DNA of 59,558 nucleotides, filler included. It is 7 parts of 7 records of this genome, joined end to end, with 100 filler letters (N's around TTAATTAATTAA, not from the genome) between each part and the next. Parts side by side here need not be neighbours in the genome. Positions count along the whole stretch, not along the records: positions 12,994 to 18,303 come from SRR31147125_12735; positions 18,404 to 36,327 come from SRR31147125_12740; 5 more parts are not named here. One strand, 5' to 3'. Each line of letters starts with the position of its first letter. Positions within the stretch are counted from its first letter, which is position 1. Shown here piece by piece: positions 17,388 through 27,130 of the stretch. The translations under genes and the position numbers were made by a program. The notes under the pieces are model-generated. The model was not told the DNA's origin. It worked only from the letters and a program-made list of their open reading frames with translations, and ran no database searches.

Positions 17388-18053
17388 ATGAATTATTTTT
17401 TAAGAATTTTTACTCTATTTTTATTAATCGCAGGTATGACATCTCAAGCATCAGCAGTAGTGATTAATCAAGATTGGACATCCCCCGAGTCTACATTTGG
17501 TTACACTGGGCCTGATTTTGAGGTCGAAACTATCGATTTCTCCGCTGATTTTGATCCGCTCCTTGAAGAAATACTTTCCGCAACCTTTACTTGGACTTGG
17601 GGAAACGAAACAGATCCGACAACAAGTTATGCCACCGATTATGTTGACTTGTATTTTGTAAATACCTCCAACCCTACCGAAACATTTTCGGTTTTTGGAG
17701 AAAGTAATGATGCTGCGAGGATAAATGCCAGCGCTTATGACATTGCGGGGAGCACAAATCCCGATGGGTCAGTTAACGATGGCGTGTCTGCGCCGATTCT
17801 TAATACGGTCTCATTGAGTGATGCGGCTTTCTTAACTTACTTGAATAGTGCGACCACAGTAACCTTGTTTGCAAGCGTTGGGTCCGGCTCTATGCCGGAT
17901 ATTGCCGATGAGTATATTCAGTTGGGAATAACATCTTTTGAGGTTACAACAAGAGACGAAACTCCAATTCCAGGACCTGTACCAGAACCATCTACATGCA
18001 TTCTTTTTGGGATGGGATTGGCTGCTTTTTTTAGATATAAAAGAAGAATTTAA
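17388..18053 (+). CDS. PEP-CTERM sorting-domain surface protein
   Basis: RBS AAAGGAGG; signal peptide ending ASA; acidic Ser/Thr-rich body; C-terminal VPEPSTCILFGMGLAAFFRYKRRI. Confidence 0.95.
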   Translation: MNYFLRIFTLFLLIAGMTSQASAVVINQDWTSPESTFGYTGPDFEVETIDFSADFDPLLEEILSATFTWTWGNETDPTTSYATDYVDLYFVNTSNPTETFSVFGESNDAARINASAYDIAGSTNPDGSVNDGVSAPILNTVSLSDAAFLTYLNSATTVTLFASVGSGSMPDIADEYIQLGITSFEVTTRDETPIPGPVPEPSTCILFGMGLAAFFRYKRRI

Positions 18054-18085
18054 TCTATCCTTTTGATTGATAATAGCATCTAACT

Positions 18086-18130
18086 AAAACGGCTTAGCTC
18101 ATCATTTGAGCTAAGCCGTTTTGTTTTGGT
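18086..18130 (+). terminator. Rho-independent terminator
   Basis: AAAACGGCTTAGCTCA / TGAGCTAAGCCGTTTT hairpin followed by a T-rich tract. Confidence 0.85.
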
Positions 18131-18303
18131 TTTTTGGGTATGAAAGAAAACTGGTTACTCAGTCAATGATCAAGGATTCAGTGTAACGCGAACACATCAT
18201 CGCTTTTATTGGAAAGTCTGCATAAAATGCTGTAATAAAAGAGCTTTCTCGCATCGTTGTGATGCGTCGGTAAACATGGCCGTTTTATATGAAAGTCTGC
18301 GTA

Positions 18304-18403
18304 NNNNNNNNNNNNNNNNNNNNNNNNNNNNNNNNNNNNNNNNNNNNTTAATTAATTAANNNNNNNNNNNNNNNNNNNNNNNNNNNNNNNNNNNNNNNNN
18401 NNN
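18304..18403. other. Artificial contig spacer
   Basis: N44-TTAATTAATTAA-N44. Confidence 0.98.
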
Positions 18404-18547
18404 AAAAGCTTCTCCATGGGAATTAGCTGCCTTGAATGTGATATTTTCACCAAAATCGTTCTGCACAGTTTGACCCAGAACAGTTTCATACAAATATCGG
18501 GATTTTTGAATATCTTCTACAACAACCAGCGGACATACAAACTTCAT
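18404..18547 (-). CDS. VOC/glyoxalase family protein (3' truncated)
   Basis: RBS AGGAG; MKFVCPLVVVEDIQKSRYLYETVLGQTV. Confidence 0.75.
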
Positions 18548-18606
18548 ACTGCATTCTCCTGAATTTAGTTATATTCTCTATATGCACTGGAAAGAGTGTG
18601 TAAAAT

Positions 18607-19104
18607 CTAGAACTGCTCAAGCATCTTCCCGATCATTTTATAGGAAATTGTATCGGAAATTTTCTCCACAAAGCGCACATTCTCTTTATCCATACTGACT
18701 ACACCGTAATTCAGAAGGACCGGTATAAAATCCAGGTCCATAGCGCCCCGATAGGTTGCCAGCACACAATGTTCGGCGCTGAATCCAGCCATCACAATGA
18801 CATCTACATCCAGTTTCTTCAGGATGCTGCCGCATTCAGTTTTGTTGAATGTGTTGCCGTACGTTTTATGGATGACGATATCGCTCTCTTCCTGTTCCAG
18901 CGCATCAATCACCTCAAACCCCTCACTACCCGGAATAACACCACCCGGCTCATGAATATCCTGCACAAAAACTACCGGCAGGTTCTTTTCGCGGAAGTAT
19001 CCTGCGACTTCATTAATATATTCGGATGCATGCAGCATGCACTCTTTAATGTGTCTTTTGAAGTATTCTTTCTGCATATCGATAACCATAAAAGCGGGTT
19101 TCAT
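18607..19104 (-). CDS. Isochorismatase/cysteine hydrolase family protein
   Basis: RBS AGGAGG before MKPAF; VIDMQ (Asp), HKT (Lys) and AEHCV (Cys) form the catalytic triad. Confidence 0.9.
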   Translation of the reverse strand: MKPAFMVIDMQKEYFKRHIKECMLHASEYINEVAGYFREKNLPVVFVQDIHEPGGVIPGSEGFEVIDALEQEESDIVIHKTYGNTFNKTECGSILKKLDVDVIVMAGFSAEHCVLATYRGAMDLDFIPVLLNYGVVSMDKENVRFVEKISDTISYKMIGKMLEQF

Positions 19105-19273
19105 TTCAGACCTCCTGGTATAGATGGCGTTGTTGGATGCACAGTTCAATGCTCAACCGGGCAGTACAATCCGGGGTGAACATATTTCACATCAACGCGT
19201 ATTACTATAGCACGATTTCCGGAGGAAGGGAAAAGTTGTATCTGTATTTGTATCTGCTGTAATGGAAATAAAA

Positions 19274-21082
19274 CTACGATGTTGTATAGGCTACAGAGAC
19301 AGCCCCGTCACCGGCAAACATCGTGATAATCGGCGATGCCGGTACGATAAATTCCGGTAAAAGTCCAGTCATCTTTGTTATGAGCTGTGCCGCTTTTTCG
19401 GCCGTTGCACTATCCCGCACAAATGAAACAGCAAAAGAGGTAATCCCGCCGCTCTGTTTGTGAATTTTACCGATCTTCTTCAGCAGGGATTGTATTGCGC
19501 CCCGTTTCGAGAAACTGACACCCTTGATTGTTCCGCTACCTTCCGGTTTTAGTCCCGCAATGGGATGCAGTCGCAGTGCTTCGGCAATCTTTCCCACTGT
19601 TCCGCTGATGCGGCCGCTGCGGATCATATGACTTATATCCTGTACACTCACAAGAATACCCGAATCATCACGCATATTCTCTATTCGCCGTACTATAGAG
19701 TCTGCTGAAGTTCCTTCAGCTGCCATGCGTGCTGCGTGCAGAGCCAGAAGACCCTGAGCCGACGCGTTCTTATGGGAGTCGATAATATGGATCGGATAGC
19801 CGCTCTCCTTCAACGATCCGGCAGCCAGGTTGTAGGCCTGGTATGTTCCGCTCAATGCTGCCGCAATAGAGATGACGATGATCGATTCATAGTATTCAGA
19901 AAGGTATTCCAGTAATGTTCGTATAGACCCTATGCTTGCCATTGAAGAAGTGGGAAACTCGTTTTTCTCAGAAATCAGCCGCATAAGAATATCGTTGTCG
20001 ATGGTAAGCCGGTCCAGATGTTCTTCATCACTGAACAGAATCTGCTGTGGGATAGTCTGAATCCGCAAATCATCTGCCGCGCCCGGCGGTAAATCTGCTG
20101 AGGAATCGGTGATAATTACCGTACTGCTCAACGGTCGATGCACCGTGAGAAACTGATGGTGAATATCTTCAACTTTTTTATCGGACAGTGTGCCGAATCC
20201 CGACAAAGTATGGAACAGCTTGGCCGGATTGTCTGTGTGCTGATGTACGCGAATCGATCCCTCAAATTCTCCGACAACTAGTGAATCTCCGCCATCATGC
20301 AGAACCTCTTTCAGATGATCAGTTGTAACAGTCGTTCCCCGTACTATGGCCTCTGAGCAAAACCTGCCGCCCTTCGGTTCTTCCGCAAGCGATGTTTCTG
20401 AAACCCTGTTTTGATCAGCCGCATGTGAGGAAAATATAAAGGGCTGTGCTTTGTCTTCCGGCAGTTCACTGCTGCCCATTCTGATGAAATTGTGTACACC
20501 CTTGAGAATTGCTACAAAGGCTTTCGCGCCGGCATCCACCACCCCCGCTTTTTTCAGAACAGCCATCTCATCACTTGTCTCAATTTCGGCTTTCTGCGCA
20601 ATCTGCAGCCCCTGTTTCATAAGCTGGGGTATGGTAAATATGGAATGAAAGGATTCAGACATGCCCTGTGACAGTTTTCGCATGACGGTAAGGATTGTAC
20701 CCTCGACCGGTTTTTCAACTGCCTGATAGGCTTGTCGGACACCGGAATTTATGGCATCGACCAGTCGCTCCACCGTCAATGTGTCCAGCGTTTTTACCGC
20801 CTTGTGAAAACCATTGAAAAACTGAGCCAGGATCATTCCGGAATTCCCTCTGGCATTGAATAGAGCCTGTTCGGCTATTGAGTGCATCACCACACCAACG
20901 GAAGCATGCGATTCGGCACGCTTGAAAATGGATGAAAGCGTGTGGGCAATATTGCTGCCCGTATCTCCGTCCGGTACGGGAAACAGGTTGATGGCATCAA
21001 TCTCTTTCCGTTCATGTAAAAAATATCTGTATCCCGCGTAGAGCGAGTTGAAAAGAAGTGTTCCGTCTATTACTTTCGTCAT
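19274..21082 (-). CDS. DAK2-DegV fusion (fatty acid kinase FakA/FakB-like)
   Basis: INLFPVPDGDTGSN, ARGNSG, PVEGTILTV and VVDAG (DAK2/FakA); IITDSSADL, PTSS, LSGTY and SGRI (DegV/FakB). Confidence 0.9.
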   Translation of the reverse strand: MTKVIDGTLLFNSLYAGYRYFLHERKEIDAINLFPVPDGDTGSNIAHTLSSIFKRAESHASVGVVMHSIAEQALFNARGNSGMILAQFFNGFHKAVKTLDTLTVERLVDAINSGVRQAYQAVEKPVEGTILTVMRKLSQGMSESFHSIFTIPQLMKQGLQIAQKAEIETSDEMAVLKKAGVVDAGAKAFVAILKGVHNFIRMGSSELPEDKAQPFIFSSHAADQNRVSETSLAEEPKGGRFCSEAIVRGTTVTTDHLKEVLHDGGDSLVVGEFEGSIRVHQHTDNPAKLFHTLSGFGTLSDKKVEDIHHQFLTVHRPLSSTVIITDSSADLPPGAADDLRIQTIPQQILFSDEEHLDRLTIDNDILMRLISEKNEFPTSSMASIGSIRTLLEYLSEYYESIIVISIAAALSGTYQAYNLAAGSLKESGYPIHIIDSHKNASAQGLLALHAARMAAEGTSADSIVRRIENMRDDSGILVSVQDISHMIRSGRISGTVGKIAEALRLHPIAGLKPEGSGTIKGVSFSKRGAIQSLLKKIGKIHKQSGGITSFAVSFVRDSATAEKAAQLITKMTGLLPEFIVPASPIITMFAGDGAVSVAYTTS

Positions 21083-21720
21083 TCGTGCTCCTGGGAGACT
21101 TCAGCCGCCCTGTGCTCTGTTTGGCTGCCGAAACGCCGTTCTGTGCCGGCAATCAATCGCCTGATATTATCTTTATGCGTATAAGAAATCAATAGTGCCG
21201 CAGCGCAGAGGAATCCCAGCAGATAGGGAGAAAATGACAGGATATCCAGATACACGAGTAGCAGCATAAACAGCGGCAGCATATCCACCGCCAACAGTGA
21301 AGCAAGCGATACAATGCGCGTCGCCAATAGTGTAAGAATGAAAATGGGCAGTGCCCACGCAGTTCCGAGCGGGAACAGGAATAGTACCGCTCCTGCTGTT
21401 GCGGCAACTCCTTTTCCGCCTTTGAATCGTAAAAAGGGAGAAAAACAGTGGCCGAGGATTGCCAGCAGCGCCATGATATAGAGCCATGAACTGTTTTCCA
21501 ACATCGGGCTGAAGAGGGTGAGTGGAAGTACGACTTTGGCAATATCCAGGATGGCTACCACAAGTCCTGCTGTTTTTCCAAGCGAGCGGGCCGCATTTGT
21601 TGCTCCACTGTTACCGCTGCCTTCTTTCAGAATATTGCGGCCTCGAAGTTTCCCCATCAGATAGGCGAAAGGGACGGCTCCGCAGATATAAGCTGTAATG
21701 AGAGCTGCCAGGGTATTCAT
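21079..21720 (-). CDS. plsY: Acyl-phosphate:glycerol-3-phosphate acyltransferase
   Basis: GSGNSGATNAAR, GHCFSPF, FKGGKGVAA, HKDNIRRL motifs. Confidence 0.95.
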   Translation of the reverse strand: MNTLAALITAYICGAVPFAYLMGKLRGRNILKEGSGNSGATNAARSLGKTAGLVVAILDIAKVVLPLTLFSPMLENSSWLYIMALLAILGHCFSPFLRFKGGKGVAATAGAVLFLFPLGTAWALPIFILTLLATRIVSLASLLAVDMLPLFMLLLVYLDILSFSPYLLGFLCAAALLISYTHKDNIRRLIAGTERRFGSQTEHRAAEVSQEHE

Positions 21721-22502
21721 GTAGTTGTATCCTCTTCCCGCCTGTTCGGCAGGGGGATAAGAATCGATGTGCGGCGTATGTATGCCTGGTATGCGGGATC
21801 TTTTCCGTATTTTTCATTCCAGCCCCTTTCAAGTAGCGGAATGCCGCTGACGAAAATCAGCATCAGTGATATAAAAAGCGGACCTGCAACTGCCGGCAGT
21901 ACAGTAGTTGCCGATAATGAGGGGGAGATAAACAGATACAGCCCCCACCAAACCAGGATTTCTCCGAAAAAATTGGGATGTCTGGAATATTTCCACAGTC
22001 CCGACATGATTAAACCACTGGCCCCGCTATTCTTGAACTTCCATTTCTGATGATCCGCGATGGTTTCAAGAATCAACCCGATTAACAAGACAGCCAAGCC
22101 TGCTATTCCCGATACATTGAGTGAGTGATCAATCCCTGAAGCGCTGAGCAGGGAGAGCGGCAGCAGAACGACCCATACTGTAATCGACTGCAGCAGCCAG
22201 AAAGCGCCGAACCGTAAAAAGCTGTCGCGTTTGTCATCGAACCGATGATCAACCTTAATCTTCATAATGCGTCTGAAAAGGTATCCTCCCAGGCGCAGAG
22301 CCCAAATTACTATCGCCGAAGCAGCCAGAAGCATGACAGTACTGCCGCTGCCATATGTGATATAGAGAACGACGGCTGCAATTAGGAAGCTGAGGCTATA
22401 GGAAAGGTCGGTTACGACATCGGTTTTAAATATAGCCGCAAAGATAAAGAAAAGGATATTTATGGCAAAGATGAGGAGAAAACTGAGCAAAAGCGGCGAC
22501 AT
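21717..22502 (-). CDS. DUF1295 / steroid 5-alpha-reductase-like membrane protein
   Basis: RBS AGGAG before MSPLL; TDLSYSLSF, WALRLG, DHRFD, ADHQK, GLWKYSRHPNFFGE, SGIPLLE. Confidence 0.9.
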   Translation of the reverse strand: MSPLLLSFLLIFAINILFFIFAAIFKTDVVTDLSYSLSFLIAAVVLYITYGSGSTVMLLAASAIVIWALRLGGYLFRRIMKIKVDHRFDDKRDSFLRFGAFWLLQSITVWVVLLPLSLLSASGIDHSLNVSGIAGLAVLLIGLILETIADHQKWKFKNSGASGLIMSGLWKYSRHPNFFGEILVWWGLYLFISPSLSATTVLPAVAGPLFISLMLIFVSGIPLLERGWNEKYGKDPAYQAYIRRTSILIPLPNRREEDTTT

Positions 22503-22603
22503 ACTGACTCCTGACGGTAGGTAACCGGATGGGGTTAATATAATCAATTTTATCCGGTATGAATAGGACGATTTATCTTGTCTATTGTTCTGAACGGCAG
22601 TAT

Positions 22604-22618
22604 TATTACTTTGTAATA
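22604..22618. promoter_or_regulatory. Palindromic candidate operator TATTAC-TTT-GTAATA
   Basis: Perfect 6-bp inverted repeat 13 nt upstream of the RHH regulator gene, in the divergent promoter region. Confidence 0.55.
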
Positions 22619-22631
22619 CCAATTTACGGGA

Positions 22632-22934
22632 GTGAGTATGAAAAAACGTAAAGAGGAAATCATAACGTTCAAAGTTGATGAACAGCTTGCGGCTATCTTA
22701 TCCGGAGTTGAAAATCGTTCAGCGTTTATTCGTGAGGCCATTCTCTCTTCACTTGGAAGCAGCTGCCCGGTCTGCGGCGGCAGCGGTATCCTTTCACAGG
22801 CTCAGCAGAAGCACTGGAATGAATTTCTTTCTCATCACCATATTGAAGAATGTACGACATGCAATGAGCCGCACATGGTGTGTGAGTATGAAAAGAGTAA
22901 ACAGGCTGAAATAACCAAAACCAGAGATACATAG
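22632..22934 (+). CDS. Ribbon-helix-helix (CopG-like) regulator with C-terminal Cys/His metal-binding domain
   Basis: IITFKVDEQLAAILSGVENRSAFIREAI (RHH), then CPVC...HW...HHH..CTTC..H..C. Confidence 0.75.
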   Translation: MSMKKRKEEIITFKVDEQLAAILSGVENRSAFIREAILSSLGSSCPVCGGSGILSQAQQKHWNEFLSHHHIEECTTCNEPHMVCEYEKSKQAEITKTRDT

Positions 22935-22946
22935 GAATAACTGTAA

Positions 22947-23984
22947 ATGAGAAAACTGACTATACTATTAATTATTTTATTGGTTCTGCCTGCCGCTCTG
23001 TATTCTCAGGGTGAACGGGAACATGGTAAGGATCAAGCATTAACCATACCAGAACATATACCTGATTTAGCAGCTTTGGAATTAGGCGATGCAAAATTAT
23101 CCATTGTCGCAACCACCAGTATTATCGGTGATATCATAAGGCAGGTTGCTGGTGATTTGGTTGATTTGACAATACTAATGGAACAGGATATGAATCCTCA
23201 CAGCTATCAGGCATCTCCCTCTGATTTCAGAAAGATTGAAGAGGCGGACCTTGTAGTCATAAACGGACTAGACCTGGAAGAGGGGCTGCTGGATGATCTG
23301 GCCGCGACCGCGAGGGGTTGGATTATTCCCATCTCTGATGGAATTGAACTGCTGCATGATGACGAAGATGAAGAGGATTTTCACGCGGAAGAGGGAGAAA
23401 GCGAGGGGTATGGTGATGAACATGCCCACGAAGCCGGTAACCCGCATGTGTGGTTGAATCCTCTGAATATTGTCATATGGGTAGAGAATTTGATTGATGT
23501 TCTCAGTGCGGTTGATCCCGACAACGCGGATCTCTACGAAAATCAGGGTGAATGGTATATGGAACAACTCTACTACCTTGATGAAGAAATTGAACAGCAG
23601 CTTTCACAGATGTCGAATGCTAATCGCAGTTTGATAACGGATCATCACTTATTGACCTATTTTGCCGAACGCTATGATTTTGAGTTGCTGGGGGCTATCA
23701 TTGAAGGATCCAGTGACAGTTCCGAACCATCTGCCCGGGATATAGCCCGTTTGAGTGATATCATGGAAGAACATGATCTGTCTGCAATCTTTGTCGGGAC
23801 TACATCCTCAGCCAATGTTAAGAAACTGGCGGAAACTCTAAGAGCCGAAACCGGCAGGGATATTGAATTGGTAACTCTTTTAACCGGTTCTCTGACATCT
23901 CCGTATTCAAACGAACCTGCAGCCGGTACTTATATTGAGTACATGCAGTATAATGTAAGCCAAATTCTGTCGACGGCTGATTAA
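22947..23984 (+). CDS. Zn/Mn ABC transporter substrate-binding protein (ZnuA/TroA family)
   Basis: Signal peptide; NPHSYQ; His/Glu/Asp-rich loop; NPHVWLNP; TDHHLLTYF. Confidence 0.92.
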   Translation: MRKLTILLIILLVLPAALYSQGEREHGKDQALTIPEHIPDLAALELGDAKLSIVATTSIIGDIIRQVAGDLVDLTILMEQDMNPHSYQASPSDFRKIEEADLVVINGLDLEEGLLDDLAATARGWIIPISDGIELLHDDEDEEDFHAEEGESEGYGDEHAHEAGNPHVWLNPLNIVIWVENLIDVLSAVDPDNADLYENQGEWYMEQLYYLDEEIEQQLSQMSNANRSLITDHHLLTYFAERYDFELLGAIIEGSSDSSEPSARDIARLSDIMEEHDLSAIFVGTTSSANVKKLAETLRAETGRDIELVTLLTGSLTSPYSNEPAAGTYIEYMQYNVSQILSTAD

Positions 23985-24015
23985 TCTCACTTATACAAGA
24001 CCTCTGGGAGAGCTA

Positions 24016-24837
24016 ATGAGAGAACAACATATCCATAAACATCGAAAAATGCTGTACGGCGGACGATGTACAATGCCTCCGGAAGAACAGGAGCCAGCCT
24101 TACTCATAAAAGACCTTTCCTATCGCTACCCGGGAACGCAGCATGACGCGCTGGAAAATATTACGCTGAAAATTGAACCGGGAGAACGAGTCGCACTTGT
24201 AGGGCCGAATGGTTCGGGAAAATCAACACTCCTGAAGCTTGTGTTGGGATTGGAATCGCTGCAGTCGGGCCAAATCATGGTCTACGGTCATAAAGCCGCA
24301 ACCTGTCGTCATCGGGTGGCTATTGTCCCGCAAAGAGTGAATGTCGACTGGCAGTTTCCCATTACCGTTCGTCAGGTCGTTATGATGGGACGCTATGTGC
24401 ACTTGGGATGGATGCGGCGAACAACCAATGCCGATCAGGAAGCAGTTGATAACGCAATGGAGATGATGAAGATAACAGATCTGGCAGATACGCAAGTAGG
24501 CGAGTTGTCGGGTGGGCAGCAGCAGCGTGTTATGATCGCGCGAACACTGGCCCATGATGCCGATTTACTATTACTTGATGAACCGTTGAACCATACCGAT
24601 ATCACAACCCAGGAACTGATTTTCCACACCCTGGAAGAATTGTCGACAGCCGGGAAAACAGCCGTTGTCAGCACTCATGACCTGGGGATATTGCCCGTCC
24701 ATTTTTCCAGGGCGCTGTTTCTGGATAAAGAGCTGATTGCCGACGGACCTGTGGAAAATGTTTTGACGGCGGAAAATATTGCCCGAGCGTATGGTTTTGA
24801 ATTTCATGCAGATGAAGGGGAGGGTACGCATGGTTGA
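24016..24837 (+). CDS. Zn/Mn ABC transporter ATP-binding protein
   Basis: GPNGSGKST, LSGGQQQR, LLLLDEP; VDWQFPITV typical of ZnuC/MntA. Confidence 0.93.
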   Translation: MREQHIHKHRKMLYGGRCTMPPEEQEPALLIKDLSYRYPGTQHDALENITLKIEPGERVALVGPNGSGKSTLLKLVLGLESLQSGQIMVYGHKAATCRHRVAIVPQRVNVDWQFPITVRQVVMMGRYVHLGWMRRTTNADQEAVDNAMEMMKITDLADTQVGELSGGQQQRVMIARTLAHDADLLLLDEPLNHTDITTQELIFHTLEELSTAGKTAVVSTHDLGILPVHFSRALFLDKELIADGPVENVLTAENIARAYGFEFHADEGEGTHG

Positions 24838-25648
24838 ATGGCTGATTGAACCTCTGACGTATGGATTTATTCTGCGCGGTCTTTTGGCCGGTGTGTTGGC
24901 ATCTCTCAGCTGCGCGGTACTGAGCGCGTTCGTTGTCTGGCGCGGCATGTCGTTCGCCGGTGATGCCGTTGCCCATTCTATACTGCCCGGTATCGTGATT
25001 GCCTACATGTTCGGATTCAGCTATATAATCGGAGCTTTAGGGGCCGCGATTATAGCGGTAATCGGGATCGGATATATATCCCGCAGGAAGCTGCTTCGTG
25101 AAGACACCGCCATCGGGGTGATATTTGTCGGGCTGTTTGCCCTGGGAATTCTGCTGATGAGCCGTGTTGCTTCGTTCCAGGATCTGAATCATATCCTGTT
25201 TGGTAATATTCTCGGTGTCGGGGCGGCGGACCTGATATTCATGGCAGTTATAACTATTGTGGTAATTTCCGCGGTACTGCTTTTTTATAAAGAACTGCTG
25301 GTTACCAGTTTTGATCCATCCCATGCAGTGGCGATCGGTCTTTCACCGGGGCTTATACGATATGCACTTTTGGGAGCAATCGCTTTAACTACGGTTATTG
25401 CCGTGCAGGCCGTAGGAATTGTGCTGGTTCTTGCTTTGCTCATAACACCGGCCGCTGCAGCCTCTCTTGTGACAAAACGATTGAGTCGTATCATGCTGCT
25501 GTCGGTAGTGTTCTCTCTGGCTGCCACGATTGTTGGGTTCTATGCTTCCTATTATCTGGATATTTCTTCCGGACCTGCTATTGTCATCATCCTTACGATT
25601 GAATTTGTTATCTGCTGGATTATTTCGGGGATTTGGCGTAAGCAGTAA
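24830..25648 (+). CDS. Zn/Mn ABC transporter permease
   Basis: GDAVAHSILPG, EDTAIG, LFGNILG, SFDP motifs; ATG at 24830 after RBS GGAGG. Confidence 0.93.
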   Translation: MVEWLIEPLTYGFILRGLLAGVLASLSCAVLSAFVVWRGMSFAGDAVAHSILPGIVIAYMFGFSYIIGALGAAIIAVIGIGYISRRKLLREDTAIGVIFVGLFALGILLMSRVASFQDLNHILFGNILGVGAADLIFMAVITIVVISAVLLFYKELLVTSFDPSHAVAIGLSPGLIRYALLGAIALTTVIAVQAVGIVLVLALLITPAAAASLVTKRLSRIMLLSVVFSLAATIVGFYASYYLDISSGPAIVIILTIEFVICWIISGIWRKQ

Positions 25649-25719
25649 TGGTTATGCCTTAGGGGAAATAAATCCCAATTAGATTGCTTTTTTAGTAAGT
25701 AAATAGCTATATTCAATGC

Positions 25720-27098
25720 ATGAAAACGCTAAGACTTCGTAAGCCTGTTAATATGATCAATGATCCGGTCGGTGTAATACTGCGCCGTATGGCACTGCCG
25801 GCTATAACTGGTCTTTTCTTCAATACCATGTTCAATGTAACCGATACGTTTTATACGCGGTTTATTTCGCCGGAATCATTAGCCGGACTTGGATTCAGTT
25901 TTCCTATCTATCTGATTCTGATAGCCATGGGAGCGGGACTGGGAAATGCGGCTCAGGCGCTCAGTGCCAATGAGTTGGGAGCGGGCAACAACAAACGAAG
26001 TGCTGCTATCGGATTATCCGCGATTACTCTCTCTATTACGGCAGTTGCAGTTGTTGTGATCGTCAGTCTGCCATTGCTGCGACCGCTCGTAAGGAGCATG
26101 GGGGCCGAGGGCGCGGCACTGAATGAATCGTTGCTCTATTCCCGGATTATTATCTATGGTCTGCTCTTTTTTGCCATGAATGCAGTGTTGAACGGTATAC
26201 TCAGCTCCAGGGGAGATACCCGCAGTTACCGTAACTTTCTGATAATCGGATTCTTCGCGAACCTTGCATTTGATCCCCTGTTTATCCTTGTTTTCAATAT
26301 GGGAACCGCCGGAATCGCTCTCGCGACTGTTCTGGTGCAGCTGGTTGGTACACTCTATCTGGGATTGAAAGTCCGCAGGCTGCACCTGCTGGAAGAGGCC
26401 GGAACGGACCGGTTTAGTTTTAAAGAGACGCTTAAGGAATGGGGCGAATTGTTCTCACATGCCGTGCCTGTCAGTTTGAATATTATGACAGTTGCTCTTG
26501 GGGTCTTTGTCATCAACTTCTTTCTTACCCGATACGGGGCAGACGCGGCTGTTGCCGGGTATGGAGCTGCCATTCGTGTTGAGCAGGTCTTTCTCATGCC
26601 GATAATGGGTTTGAACACAGCGGTTGTCACACTGGTTGGACAGAATAACGGGGCGGGAAGACTGGATAGGGTGAAAAAGGGCTGGTTTACCGGGCAGAAA
26701 TATGGGGTAATCGCCATGCTGATCGGGTTTGTCATCCTCTTTCCATTTCGCGCCTTTTGGGTAGGACTTTTTACCCCGGAAGAAGCGATTATCACGGCTG
26801 GATCGGGATATCTGTCCTGGAAGTATTTGCCATGTTTTCTTACGTTTTTCTCAACATGGGAGTATCCACCCTGCAGGGCTTGAAAAAGCCCGGTTTTATC
26901 TTCGTCATCGGACTGGCGCGTCAAATTGTACTGCCGCCGATTGTTTTTTACCTGCTTGGAGATGTTGCCGGACTGGGTGTGTGGGGTGTCTGGTGGGGAT
27001 TGTTCATCATTCCAACGCTGTCGGCCGCGGTTACGGTAGTGTATACAAGATTTCGGCTGAATCAGATGATAGCGCTGAAAAACAGCGCTGTTGATTAA
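25720..27098 (+). CDS. MATE family efflux transporter (frameshift near 26815 splits it into 25720-26883 and 26757-27098)
   Basis: MALPA...FNVTDTF, SRGDT, FDPLFI, GQNNGAG; C-terminal LQGLKKP...GVWGVWWG lies in the other frame. Confidence 0.88.
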
Positions 27099-27130
27099 GA
27101 TACCTGCAGTGAAAACATTTGGAGTTTGAA

